Shown: one piece after another, positions 1 to 10,107 of the stretch
Position numbering within the stretch: the first letter of the stretch is position 1
How the letters are laid out: each line of letters begins with the position of its first letter
Assembly (NCBI GenBank): GCA_963749495.1
Contig: CAVVMW010000021.1
Span: 384,001 to 448,000, forward strand
Source: an uncultured bacterium
Lineage (GTDB): Bacteria > Verrucomicrobiota > Verrucomicrobiia > Limisphaerales > UBA8199
Length of the DNA stretch: 64,000 nucleotides
Direction: 5' to 3'
The notes under the pieces: generated by a model
The model's database searches: none
What the model was told of the DNA's origin: nothing
What the model saw: only the letters and a program-made list of their open reading frames with translations
Made by a program: the position numbers and the translations under genes

Positions 1-1607
1 AGCGCCTGTTCCAGGCGCGCGAACGGCGCGAGCCGGTTGTCATTTTTGGAGATTATGACGTGGACGGAGTGACCTCGACGGCGCTGCTGCTGGAGGTGCT
101 GGGCGCGCTGGGCTGGGTGGCCAATCCTTACCTGCCCAACCGGCGCGACGAGGGCTACGGCCTGAGCCGGGACGGCCTCGACAACTGCCTTCGCAAATTC
201 CCGGCGTCACTCCTGCTCGCGGTGGATTGCGGCTCGACGGCCGTCGAGGCCGTCTCCTGGCTGCGCCAACGCGGTGTGGACGTGATAGTCCTGGACCACC
301 ACCAGATTGCTTGCCCCGCCCCCGCCGTCACGGCCCTGGTCAACCCTCGGCTTAGAGGTTCAGCGTTTCCCGTTCAGGGTTCAGAGGTTCACGACCTGGA
401 CATCCTTGAACGGGGAACCCTGAACCCTGAACGGGGAACCTCGGAACCCCCGTCCGAGTTTACCGAACTCTGCTCCGTGGGCCTGGCCTTCAAACTGGCC
501 CACGCCCTGGTCAAGCGCGGACGCGAATCGGGCCTGCCGGGTGCGGCGGAGTTCGACCTGCGCCCCTTGCTGGACCTGGTTGCCCTGGGCACAGTAGCCG
601 ACATCGTGCCGCTGGTGGCCGAGAACCGCATCCTGGTGAGCGCGGGCCTCGAGCGGCTCAATGCGACGCGCCGGCCCGGCCTGGTTGCCCTCAAGCAGGT
701 CGCCCAAAGCCCCCCGATTCTGGGCGTTCACGAGGCCGGCTTCCAGCTCTGCCCGCGGCTCAACGCGGCCGGGCGATTGGAGACGGCCGAGGCGGCGTTG
801 CGCCTGCTCCTGGCGCGCGACTTGGCCGAGGCGATGCCCCTGGCCCAGGACCTCGACGCCTGCAACCGCCAGCGGCAGCAGATCGAGCGCCAAATCGCCG
901 AAGAGGCCATCGCCGCCGTGCGCTCCAGGTTCAAGACCGGCGCGGACTTTGTCATCGTCGAAGGCCAGCCGGCCTGGCACATCGGGGTGGTGGGCATCGT
1001 GGCGTCGAGGGTGCTCCAGCGGTTTTATCGCCCCACGATCATCGTCGGCGCCGAGGGCGGCGAGTGGCGCGGCTCCGGGCGGAGCATCGCCGGTTTCGAC
1101 CTGGCGGCCGCCTTGCGGGAGTGCGGCGGCCTGCTCGCGCGCCACGGGGGCCATGCCCTGGCCGCCGGGCTGGCCTTGCCCGCCGCAAATCTCGATGCCC
1201 TGCGCGCTCGCCTCAATGACTTGGCCCGGCAGGCCCTCAAGCCCGAGGACTTGCAGCCCTCCTTGTGCCTGGATGCCCAGGTGGGCCTGGGCGAGGTCAC
1301 CCCGCCTGCCCTCGAGGAACTGGCCCGCTTGAAACCCACCGGCCCAGGCAATCTCCCAGTCCAACTCCTAGCCCCCAACCTCGCCCTCCGCGGGCCCCTC
1401 CAATGGATGGGCGCCCAAAAACGGCATCTCAAAATCTGGGTCACCGACGGACACGCCACCCTCGAGGCCGTCTGGTGGGGGGCTGCCGACGAGACCTTGC
1501 CTGGCGAGAGCTTCGACCTCGCATTCAGCCCGCAATTCAACACTTACAATGGCCGCCGCTCGGTCCAACTCAAGGTCTTGGACTGGCGCCCCGCCCAGAA
1601 AGGCTAA
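1..1607 (+). CDS. recJ: ssDNA-specific exonuclease RecJ (5'-partial)
   Basis: GDYDVDG at 49-69, VDCG, LDHH, GTVADIVPL, PRLNAAGR, GSGRS and GGH motifs of DHH/DHHA1; the frame is open from the window start. Confidence 0.95.
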   Translation, partial: RLFQARERREPVVIFGDYDVDGVTSTALLLEVLGALGWVANPYLPNRRDEGYGLSRDGLDNCLRKFPASLLLAVDCGSTAVEAVSWLRQRGVDVIVLDHHQIACPAPAVTALVNPRLRGSAFPVQGSEVHDLDILERGTLNPERGTSEPPSEFTELCSVGLAFKLAHALVKRGRESGLPGAAEFDLRPLLDLVALGTVADIVPLVAENRILVSAGLERLNATRRPGLVALKQVAQSPPILGVHEAGFQLCPRLNAAGRLETAEAALRLLLARDLAEAMPLAQDLDACNRQRQQIERQIAEEAIAAVRSRFKTGADFVIVEGQPAWHIGVVGIVASRVLQRFYRPTIIVGAEGGEWRGSGRSIAGFDLAAALRECGGLLARHGGHALAAGLALPAANLDALRARLNDLARQALKPEDLQPSLCLDAQVGLGEVTPPALEELARLKPTGPGNLPVQLLAPNLALRGPLQWMGAQKRHLKIWVTDGHATLEAVWWGAADETLPGESFDLAFSPQFNTYNGRRSVQLKVLDWRPAQKG

Positions 1608-1797
1608 AGGCTGAAGGCTAAAGGCTAAATCGAGTGCGGAATGCGGAGTGCGGAGTGCGGAATGCCGAACGGCAAGCGCCCAGCTCAGGGCTCTCATCGT
1701 GGACCGTGGGCTGTGGACTGCACGATCTGAAATCTGGGATTTGGGATCTGAAATCTGATCCGGGGACTGTGGACTGTGGACTGTGGACTGTGGACTA
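1600..1797. repeat. Mixed heptamer tandem repeats (AAGGCTA, GAGTGCG, ATCTGAA, TGGACTG)
   Basis: Several different 7-mer units, each repeated 3-5 times, between recJ and ispD. Confidence 0.85.
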
Positions 1798-1800
1798 ACC

Positions 1801-2484
1801 ATGACCTCCGCCATCATCGTCGCGGCCGGCAAGGGTACCCGTATGGGACCCGGCGTGGACAAGCTTTTCCTGGAGTTGAGCGGATGCCCGCTGGTCGGGC
1901 ACACCTGGCGGCGATTCGACCAGGCCGATTGCATTGACGAAATCCTGATGGTCGTTCGGGATGGGGTGCAGGCCGCCTTCGCGCGGTTGGCCAGAGAGCA
2001 GGGGTTTAAGAAGCCGTTTCGCCTGGTCGCCGGCGGCAAGGAACGTCAGGATTCGGTGTGGAACGGCTTATGTGCGCTCGCCGCCGGCGCCGAGATCGTG
2101 GCGGTCCAGGATGCGGCGCGGCCCTGCACGGGTCCTGCCCTGATTGCGGCGACCATCGAGGCTGCGCGCCAAGTCGGCGCTGCCGTGGCCGCCCAGCCCA
2201 TCACCGATACTATCAAGGAATCCGGCGACGGACAGTTGATTGAACGCACCCTGGACCGCTCCCGCCTCTGGGCGGTCCAGACCCCGCAGACCTTCCGCGT
2301 CGAGGTTCTCCGCCGCGCCCTGGCCCTGGTCCGCCAGCGCGGCTTGCTCGTGACCGACGATACCGCCGCCTGCGAACTGATCGGCCAGCCCGTAAGGCTC
2401 GTCGTGAGCAACCTCCCCAATCCCAAGGTCACACGACCCCAGGACGTGCCCTATGTGGAACTGCTGCTCCGGCAGGCAGGGTGA
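1801..2484 (+). CDS. ispD: 2-C-methyl-D-erythritol 4-phosphate cytidylyltransferase
   Basis: AAGKGTRMG, GGKERQDSV, DAARP, QTPQTF, TDD and NPKVT motifs. Confidence 0.95.
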   Translation: MTSAIIVAAGKGTRMGPGVDKLFLELSGCPLVGHTWRRFDQADCIDEILMVVRDGVQAAFARLAREQGFKKPFRLVAGGKERQDSVWNGLCALAAGAEIVAVQDAARPCTGPALIAATIEAARQVGAAVAAQPITDTIKESGDGQLIERTLDRSRLWAVQTPQTFRVEVLRRALALVRQRGLLVTDDTAACELIGQPVRLVVSNLPNPKVTRPQDVPYVELLLRQAG

Positions 2485-2548
2485 ATTTTCCTTGCAGGCC
2501 GCACCTGCCGGCTTAGTCTGGTCCTCGTGCGCTGCCATCTGCTAACTG

Positions 2549-2690
2549 GAGCCTATCGCAAACGCCCCGCGAGTGGGGGACCTTTGTCGCGGCCTTTGTC
2601 GAAACCTTTGTCGGATTGGCCCTTTTCGACAAAGGCGCCGACAAAGGCTGCGAAAAAGGTCCTGAACCAGAGCTTTTGGGACAGGCTCTA
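2549..2690. repeat. CCTTTGTCG / CGACAAAGG 12-mer-unit inverted repeat element
   Basis: Tandem CCTTTGTCGnnn followed by inverted CGACAAAGG; related copies at ~8912-9040, 18530-18600, 54510-54605, 57525-57560 and 57820-57852. Confidence 0.85.
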
Positions 2691-2707
2691 ACCACCAGTT
2701 GAACAAA

Positions 2708-3436
2708 ATGAACCTCCCCTTCTTCTGCGGAACCGTGGTCTGCCTATCGAGTTTGGCCGTCACGGCCTCGGGCCAGTCTGCCGCCTCCTCGCCGCAGATG
2801 GCCAAGCACTTCGAGGCCAAAATCGCCACTACCGTCAGACTCGACTACCTCCTCTTCCTGCCCAAGGGCTACGAAAACTCTGACAAACGCTGGCCCTTGA
2901 TGCTCTTCCTGCACGGGGCCGGCGAATCGGGCAGCGACCTCGACAAGGTCAAGATCCATGGCCCGCCCAAGCTCGTCGAGTCCAAGCCCGATTTCCCCTT
3001 CATCCTCGTCTCGCCCCAAAGTCCCGGCAGGGGCTGGAATGCCGATGCGCTTAACGGCCTCCTGGACGAGGTCATGCGCCAATACCGCGTTGACCCGGAC
3101 CGCGTCTATCTGACCGGGCTGAGCATGGGCGGCTATGGGACTTGGACGCTGGCGGCAGCCCACCCGGAGAAGTTCGCCGCCATCGTGCCCATCTGCGGCG
3201 GCGGCAACCCCGGCGACGCCCCCAAACTGGCGCGCCTGCCCATCTGGGTCTTTCACGGCGCCAAAGACCTGACCGTGCCGCAGGAGCGCTCCAAGGAAAT
3301 GGTCCAGGCCATCCAGGCCGCCGGAGGCAATCCCAAGCTTACCGTCTATCCCAAGGCCGGCCACGACTCCTGGACCCAAACCTACGACAATCCCAACCTC
3401 TATCAGTGGCTGCTGCAACAGAAGCGAAAACCGTGA
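2708..3436 (+). CDS. Secreted alpha/beta hydrolase (carboxylesterase/peptidase-like)
   Basis: Signal peptide, FLHGAGE, GLSMGG nucleophile elbow, HGAKD and GHDSW. Confidence 0.85.
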   Translation: MNLPFFCGTVVCLSSLAVTASGQSAASSPQMAKHFEAKIATTVRLDYLLFLPKGYENSDKRWPLMLFLHGAGESGSDLDKVKIHGPPKLVESKPDFPFILVSPQSPGRGWNADALNGLLDEVMRQYRVDPDRVYLTGLSMGGYGTWTLAAAHPEKFAAIVPICGGGNPGDAPKLARLPIWVFHGAKDLTVPQERSKEMVQAIQAAGGNPKLTVYPKAGHDSWTQTYDNPNLYQWLLQQKRKP

Positions 3437-3484
3437 CGGCTGGTTTTCTTTGACAGGGGCCTGCGGTATTGTTAGTTAACCAGG

Positions 3485-4024
3485 ATGCAAGAGTCTGGTC
3501 GTTGGAACAAAGGGAACCTGGAGATGAGGCGGGCGCCGCTTCGTGGTCCGATCACCAAGCGCAGCGCGGCATTTTGGATTGCGAGATTGCTTTACCTGGA
3601 AGCAGCGGACAAGCACGCGCCAATCCTTATCGAGTTGGATTCACCCGGAGGTTCGGCAGCCGATTCGCTCCCGGCCATTCAGGTGCTGGAGAAGCTCTCC
3701 TGCCCGGTCGCCGTGTTCTGTCGCGGAACCGTCGGGGGAACGGCTCTCTCGATAGCCGCCCACGGCTCCAAGGGGTACAGGGCAGCCGCGCCGGGCACGC
3801 GCTTCCTGTTCACGGCCATGGCCGGCGAGTCCGCCTCCGGCGCAGCCAGGGCGCCCGAGGCAAACCCGGATCGATTGATCGATGGCCTGGCCAAGGCGGC
3901 CGGCCGGCAGGTCTCCGAGGTGACCCAATGGCTGGGCAGTAGCGCCGAATTCGACGCCCAGCAGGCGGCCGAGCGCGGCCTGATCGATACGGTCTCCGCC
4001 AAACCGGTCTTCCCGGGCAAATAG
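3485..4024 (+). CDS. ClpP-like protein, probably catalytically inactive
   Basis: IARLLYLEAAD, LDSPGGS and A..GLID.V match the ClpP fold; the catalytic Ser and His positions appear substituted. Confidence 0.75.
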   Translation: MQESGRWNKGNLEMRRAPLRGPITKRSAAFWIARLLYLEAADKHAPILIELDSPGGSAADSLPAIQVLEKLSCPVAVFCRGTVGGTALSIAAHGSKGYRAAAPGTRFLFTAMAGESASGAARAPEANPDRLIDGLAKAAGRQVSEVTQWLGSSAEFDAQQAAERGLIDTVSAKPVFPGK

Positions 4025-4071
4025 CGGCGGGAGTCCGGAGATGGCAGAAAAATGGGGGCAGAAAGATGAGG

Positions 4072-5218
4072 TTATATCTTATCTTTCTGCCCCCATTTTT
4101 CTGCCTGCTTTGGATTTAGGATTTCGGGTTTCAGATTCCTCTGTTCATAGTACCGCTTAAAGCGCCTGGTCTCGAAGGTCTGGAGTTTGTCGCCCGGGTT
4201 GCGCATCAGGCGGGCGGCGGCGCCCCGGGCCGCCTCGACCAGTCTGAAGCCCTTGCCCGGTCCCAGGACGCAGACGACTTTGGTCAGGCTGTCGGCCGTG
4301 ATGCCGCGCGGGGCGATGACGTTGACCAGGGCATGGTTGGTCAGGCCGATGCCGGTGCGCGGGTCCAGGATGTGCGAATAGCGGACGCCATCGATCTCGA
4401 GGCGCTGGTAGAGGTCGCTCGATGTGGAGATGGCGGCGTTGTTGAGCAACAGGAACCGGGCCGGCGGGGCGTTCGAGAACGTCCAGGAGCGCCAGTTGGA
4501 TGCGCCAGGCGGATTTGCCGGGCGGCGGGTTGCCCACCGCCACGTCGCCTCCGCCCTCGATCAGCGCCCGGTCCATGCCCAGCCCTTTCAAGGTGCGGAG
4601 GGCCTCGTCCACCGCGTAGCCCTTGCCGATGCCACCCAGGTCCAGCCGCATGTCCGGTGCCAGCAACTCGACGGCCCGGCGCTTGGGATTGAGCCGGACC
4701 AGGCGATAGCCGACGGCCTTGCGCGCTTGGGCCAGGCGGGCGGGATCGGGCAGTTCGTGGCGGCGCCGCGCCCGCCGCCACAGGTTGACGCAGGGCCCGA
4801 CCGTGATGTCGAAGGCCCCGCCGCTCTGTTGGGCCAGGGCCTGTGCGCGCTCCAGGACGAACCAAAGGTCGGCGCTCACGGGGACCTCGAGCCCCTGGCC
4901 GGAGGTGCGGGAGAGTTTGCTGAGTTCGCTCTCGGCATCATAATCGCTCATGATGTCGTTAAGCTCCTGGATGCGCCGGAAGGCCGCCTCGGCTGCCCGG
5001 CTGGCGCCGGCGGGGTCGGGCGCGTAGAGCACGATGCGGAAGGGCACGCCCATCTCCGGCCGCTCGAACTCAAAACGGGCCAGGACAGGGGTGTCCCGCG
5101 GCACCGAGGCGCAGGACGCCGCCGCCAGCCAGAGCGCCGGCAAGAGCCCGGGGCGCGCCCGCCGGAGGCAGGCCCAATGACCGCCCCGCGCAATCGTCCT
5201 CAGAAAAGCCAGTAGCAC
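4072..5218 (-). CDS. apbE: FAD:protein FMN transferase ApbE; +1 frameshift near 4475, start uncertain
   Basis: FDITVGP, LDLGGIGKGYAVD and GGDV in ORF 4157..5326; AISTS, YSHILDPRTG and ADSLTK in the next frame. Confidence 0.85.
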
Positions 5219-5261
5219 GCCCCAGTTTAGGGGCCGGGGCCGGGTTTTGTAAACAGCCGGC

Positions 5262-5594
5262 TCACTGCCGGTCGTGGTAGGGATTGCCGCCGCCCTGCCC
5301 GCCGCGATAGCCGCCGCCACCACCACCGCCCGCCTGAGGCCGTTCCTCGCGCGGACGGGCCTCGTTCACCGTCAGCGAGCGGCCCTGGAAGTCCTTGCGA
5401 TGAAACATGGTGATGGCCTTCGTGGCGTCTTCCTGCGAGCTCATCTCAACAAAAGCGAAGCCTCGTGAGCGCCCCGTCGCCCGATCCTGCATGATATTGA
5501 CCGCCACCACTGCCCCAGCTTGCGCGAAATAATCCTGCAGGTCGTTCTCGGTGGTTGTGAAGGGTATGTTCCCCACGAATAATCTGGCTGCCAT
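5262..5594 (-). CDS. RRM RNA-binding protein with Gly-rich tail
   Basis: RNP2 LFVGNI, RNP1 RGFAFVEM, VNEARPRE. Confidence 0.93.
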   Translation of the reverse strand: MAARLFVGNIPFTTTENDLQDYFAQAGAVVAVNIMQDRATGRSRGFAFVEMSSQEDATKAITMFHRKDFQGRSLTVNEARPREERPQAGGGGGGGYRGGQGGGNPYHDRQ

Positions 5595-5782
5595 AATTGT
5601 TCCAAATGTCTCCGCTGCTCGGGCTGGTGAACGTTCCTGTTCCGAAGGTCTCAAATCGTCTGCTCTAAAAGCACGAAAGACAATTTCCGCATCACCTAGT
5701 CTCTGCTGCTGAATTGGTCTAAATAAAGGACAATTCGCCCCAATAGACAAGAAAATAATTAGGCTCCGGTTGCGACCGGAGT

Positions 5783-5915
5783 GCATCCCGACACTGCCCC
5801 CGGAGCGCGCCCGTCCCCGGGCGCAGCAGCGACGGAGCGGTCAGGCGCGCCGGAGTAATTGACCGCTGCCCTGGGTGCGGCCGTCGCTGCGCCCGGGGAC
5901 GGGCGCACTCCCTTC
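5783..5915. repeat. Dispersed palindromic repeat (ATCCCGACACTGCCCCCGGAG family)
   Basis: Near-identical copy at 49238-49410, which has terminal inverted repeats; partial copy near 45517. Confidence 0.75.
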
Positions 5916-6061
5916 TGGCCGCGGCCAGTGGGAGCGCGCCTGGCCTCGGGCTGAAAGCCCGGAATGTGACAGCCTGGGCTGGAGCGAGCTTGCGAGCGGA
6001 GGCCCAGGTCACCGGGCCATAACTGCTGTGCGCCCTGTAGGGGCACTATAAGGTGCCGTCC

Positions 6062-6797
6062 TTACAGGCCCGGGGTTCTTTGAGGGGCGGAGGCTCGGGC
6101 CGCCTCCTCCGCGGCGGCAACCAGGGCCACGAACTCGCCCTTGAGTGAGCGGCGGGCAACGGCCTCGATGAGCTGGGCGGGGCGGCCGCGCAGGTACTCC
6201 TCGAATTTCTTGGTCAGTTCGCGGGCCAAAACGACCTGGCGCTCGGGAAAGACCTCCCGCAGCTCGGCCAGGAGCCGCTCGATCCGGTGAGGCGACTCGT
6301 AAAGCACGAGCGTTCCGGGCACGGCCTGGAGTTGCTGCAGCCGCTTGCGGCGCTGGCCCGATTTGTGGGGCAGGAAGCCCAGGAAATGGAATTCGCCGGT
6401 GGGCAGGCCGCTCGCAGTGAGGGCCGCGACCAGCGCGCTGGGGCCGGGCACAGGCTCGACGCGCAAGCCGGCCGCGACGGCGGCCCGCACCACGCGCTCG
6501 CCCGGGTCACTGATGCCGGGACTGCCCGCGTCGGTGACCAGGGCGACTTTCTGACCCCGCCGCAGACGTTCCAGGAGTTCTTCGCTCCGCCTGGCCTCGT
6601 TGAACTGGAAGCAGCTCAGCAAGGGCTTGGAGATTCTCGAAATGCCGCAGCAGTTGTCCCGTGCGGCGGGTGTCCTCGGCGGCCACAACATCGCACTCCT
6701 TCAAGGTGCGCAAGGCGCGCAGGGTGATGTCCTCGAGGTTGCCGATGGGTGTGGCGACCAAATAGAGGGTGCCGGGGATTAGGGCAGGGGGGGGCAT
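6062..6797 (-). CDS. rsmI: 16S rRNA C1402 2'-O-methyltransferase RsmI; frameshift near 6635
   Basis: [15 protein letters not shown] and AEDTR in one frame; [22 protein letters not shown] and KGEF in the next. Confidence 0.9.
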
Positions 6798-6911
6798 GGG
6801 GGAGGGGATGAATGACGAATGACGAATGACGAATGACGAACGTGAAACGTGAAAGGTGAAACGGATGACGGGTGATGATGGGGGCGCATCGGCACCGGGC
6901 TCCGGGCAGAT

Positions 6912-7397
6912 TCACCCCTGAGTGCCTCCGGTCAGGCGGTGCCAGGCGGCGAGGTATTTCTGGAGGCGCTGGGCATCTGCGGCGGTCATCTTGTTGAAGC
7001 GGCGCACGTCCAGGTTGTCCTCGAAATCGGCAATCTTCACCCGGCGGGCGAGCGGGTTGGCGGCGCAACGCTCGATTAGGGCCGGGTACGGCTCACCCGG
7101 GCGCTTAGTCAGGCAATCGACGGCCTGGATGATCTCCCGGGGAAACCCCTCGCGCTCCAGGCCGGCAAAGGTTCACCGGGTGTCCTCGACGACATCGTGG
7201 AGCACGGCGACGGTCTTTTGGGCAGTCATCTCGACGCGGGCCATCACGCGCAGGGGATGGAGGACATACGGTGCGCCATAGCGGTCCTGCTGGCCGCGGT
7301 GGGCTTCGACGGCGATGGCGATGGCTTTTTCCAGAAGGACCGGCTCGGCGGCCTGCTCCTGCCTGGCCGATTTGGACTGCGTTGCGCTCGACTTCAT
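6912..7397 (-). pseudogene. Small HD-domain (ppGpp hydrolase/Mesh1-like) protein with an in-frame TGA at 7173-7175
   Basis: AH.GQ.D..G.PY..HP and LHDVVEDT, then TGA; the same frame continues TFAGLEREGF...LTKR...VKIADFEDN to a stop at 6912. Confidence 0.75.
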
Positions 7398-7476
7398 AGC
7401 TGGCGGTTCTTCAAACCCGCTTGACGTGACTCAAGGTCGAGTGAACCATAAATCGCGCGGTTGACAAGCTAATGGA

Positions 7477-7592
7477 ATGACGAATGACGAATGACGAATG
7501 ACGAAGGCGAAACGTGAAACGTGAAAACGAATGACGAATGACGGATCCTCGGTCTTTGGTCATTCGTCATTCGTCATTCGTCATTCGTCATT
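7477..7592. repeat. GAATGAC/GTCATTC inverted heptamer arrays
   Basis: (GAATGAC)n ... (GTCATTC)n; related arrays at 6811-6865, 8341-8410, 39109-39146 and 41845-41890. Confidence 0.85.
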
Positions 7593-7742
7593 CCGTACTT
7601 TACCCGTCGCCCGGTGCGTAATCTCCGGGCTTGTTGCAGGGCAGGGCAGGGGGAATAATCTCAATGACTTTAATGTGATGAACCCAGTGCGCACAGGGGA
7701 GATCACGATGACCGGGTCCGGGCGGCTCCGGCGGGCTGGGCC

Positions 7743-8345
7743 TTGAGCCGCCTCCTGTCCGGGGGACCAGGGCGCCGCGACAATGCCTTGTATCGCCTGC
7801 TGCAGTGCCTGGCTATGGCGCCATTGGCGGCGGCCAGTTACCTCTTCATCAGCGGTTTCATCTTCCAGTCCGTCCAGATCGTCGGCCGGAGCATGGCGCC
7901 GACTCTGCAGGACTCCCGGCGCTACCTCTTCAATCGCTTGGTTTTCCACATCCGAGGCCCCCGGCGCGATGACATCGTCGTGATTCGCGACCCGGCCGAC
8001 CGGCGCCTTTCCGTCAAGCGCATTATCGCTCTGGCGGGGGATTCGGTCTATTTGAAGGATGGAAGCGTGTATGTGAACGGCCGCAAGCTCCAGGAACCTT
8101 ATCTGCCCGCCGGCACGCCGACCTTTCCGGAGGGCAAGCTCGCCGAACAATGGCTCAGGTGCGGCCAGGACCAGTACATCGTCCTGGGCGACAACCGCAA
8201 GGACTCCGCCGATAGCCGCAGTTACGGGCCCGTATCCCGCCGCGATGTTCTCGGGCTGATCGAAGTCCACAGTCCAGAGTCCACAGTCCAGAGTCCACAG
8301 TCCACAGTCCAGAGTCCGGATACCAGAGTACAGAATGATGAATGA
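7743..8345 (+). CDS. Signal peptidase I (short paralog)
   Basis: TM segment, GRSMAPTL (Ser), VKRII (Lys), GDNR..SADSR. Confidence 0.9.
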   Translation: MSRLLSGGPGRRDNALYRLLQCLAMAPLAAASYLFISGFIFQSVQIVGRSMAPTLQDSRRYLFNRLVFHIRGPRRDDIVVIRDPADRRLSVKRIIALAGDSVYLKDGSVYVNGRKLQEPYLPAGTPTFPEGKLAEQWLRCGQDQYIVLGDNRKDSADSRSYGPVSRRDVLGLIEVHSPESTVQSPQSTVQSPDTRVQNDE

Positions 8346-8586
8346 CGAATGACGAATGACGAATCCTTGGTCTTTGGTCATTCGTCATTCGTCATTCGTC
8401 ATTCGTCATTCCATCCCCCGCTCTCCGTCTCCCTTCCTCGGAAGGATTCCGCCTTGCTTTTTCCTGTTGCGCACGGCGGGCGATCAGCTAGGATAGCGCC
8501 CATGCACCCAACCACCCCATCGAGGTCGAGATGAACCGAGCGGGGTTGCGGGCCGGGGACCGTGATTGCGATGCACTGTGCAGCGT

Positions 8587-8836
8587 ATGCGGATACTCCT
8601 TCAGCACAAAGAAACGGGCCTTTACCTCAAAGGTCCCGGTGCCTGGGCGCGCAATAGCGTCGAAGCCGCTGATTTCGTCAGTTCCGCGGCGGCCATCGAG
8701 TATTGCGCGCGAGAGAAACTGGCCGACGTACAACTGGTCTTGAAATTCGAAAGGAGAGGTACGACATTGTACTGCCTTTCCAGGTCTGTGCGCAGTTGTC
8801 CGGTGTGCGGCCGGCGTTCTCCACCCAGGGCACATG
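8587..8836 (+). CDS. Small hypothetical protein; probable 1-base deletion near 8750
   Basis: MRILLQHKETGLYL...VQLVLKFE continues plausibly as ERYDIVLP in the shifted frame to TGA at 8834-8836. Confidence 0.5.
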
Positions 8837-9069
8837 ACGGCCGGACATGGCCGCCGGTCGGCACGCCGGGCGTTGGGCGCCCTGCGGGCGCGACTGGCGC
8901 CGTGTGTATTTAGAGCCTGTCCCAAAAGCTCTGATTCCGGACCTTCGTCGCAGCCTTTGTCGGAACCTTTGTCGAGAAATGGCCAATCCGACAAAGGCTT
9001 CGACAAAGGTCTCGACAAAGGTCCCCCACTCGCGGGGTCTATGGGACTGAGGGTCCGGCGGGCGCACCG

Positions 9070-10107
9070 TCACCTGGGCCGGAACCAAACCGGTTGCTTG
9101 TTGCTCAGGCCGTTGGTGGTCAATAGGGCGAACTGGGAGGGCGTCGCCCGGTTCAGATCCAGGGTTCCGGATTGTCCGGCTGGGACCGCCGCCAGATTCC
9201 AGCCGGGCGCATAGACTCCGACAATGCCGGCTGCGGCTGCGAAGGTGCCGGGTTTTGTCGGATCACCCCGGCCGTCGGGGCCGCGGCTGAAGGCCAGGAA
9301 TCGTCCGTCCGGCAACCAGGCGGCGTGCAGGAGGCGGTTGGTCTGGTCCCGGATATGGAGACGCCATGGGCCCACAGCCGGGCGGTCCGCGTCCAGGTTG
9401 AGCGGGGCGACGGCGATTTCATGCTCGCCAGCAGACCAGGCGATCTGTTTGCCATCCGGACTCAAACGAGGGCGGCAGCCCGGGATTTGGAGGTCCAGAA
9501 CGCGGTTGCCCTGTGGCTCAATCAAGAGGATGGCATGGGCGAAGCCCATCCCTCCATCTACGGTGGCGATGATCCACTTGCCGTTTGGCGAGAAGGAACA
9601 ATTATAGAGGTGCCGGAGGTGCGGGCTATTGGGGTGGAGACGGACCGTTCCGGTCCGCAGGCCCACAAAGCTCATCCCCTTGGTGTAGTAGTCCATGACG
9701 TTGAACTTGGGGTACTCCTGGTTCAGAAAACCAATCTCCTTGTTGTCCTGCGTCCAGAAGGGCTCGCGGGCACATCGAGCGAGTTGGCGGCGGTTGGAGC
9801 CGTCGCTGTTCATCACGCAGAGCGCGCGGAGGGTGTCTCGGCCGGCCCCGCTATCCGCCAGGAAGGCGATCTGGGAGCCGTCGGGCGAGGCCTGCGGGTA
9901 ATGCTCGTGCTCGGTGAGCGTGCCCGTCAGGTTGGTCGGACAGGAGCCATCGGCGTTCATGGCGAAGATCTCCCAGTTGTCGTCAACGTAACATTCGTAA
10001 AGGATTTTGAAAGGGGCTTTGCCCAGAGTCTCCCGGAGTGTGGTCTGCGCGGCAGCAGTCCCAACCAAGGCAGAGAGACAGAGGGTAATAAGTGCCGGTC
10101 CGCTCAT
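9070..10107 (-). CDS. Secreted TolB-like (PD40 beta-propeller) protein
   Basis: Signal peptide; repeated SPDGSQIAF, SPNGKWI, SPDGKQIAW and PDGRFLAF. Confidence 0.8.
   Translation of the reverse strand: MSGPALITLCLSALVGTAAAQTTLRETLGKAPFKILYECYVDDNWEIFAMNADGSCPTNLTGTLTEHEHYPQASPDGSQIAFLADSGAGRDTLRALCVMNSDGSNRRQLARCAREPFWTQDNKEIGFLNQEYPKFNVMDYYTKGMSFVGLRTGTVRLHPNSPHLRHLYNCSFSPNGKWIIATVDGGMGFAHAILLIEPQGNRVLDLQIPGCRPRLSPDGKQIAWSAGEHEIAVAPLNLDADRPAVGPWRLHIRDQTNRLLHAAWLPDGRFLAFSRGPDGRGDPTKPGTFAAAAGIVGVYAPGWNLAAVPAGQSGTLDLNRATPSQFALLTTNGLSNKQPVWFRPR

Noticed and set aside
7173..7175. Selenocysteine or TGA recoding
   Set aside because: The context suggests Trp rather than Cys, I recognised no SECIS element, and TGA is used as a stop in neighbouring genes.
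1600..8410. Heptamer and 12-mer repeats as a CRISPR array
   Set aside because: The units are too short, there are no unique spacers of constant length, and no cas genes are present.
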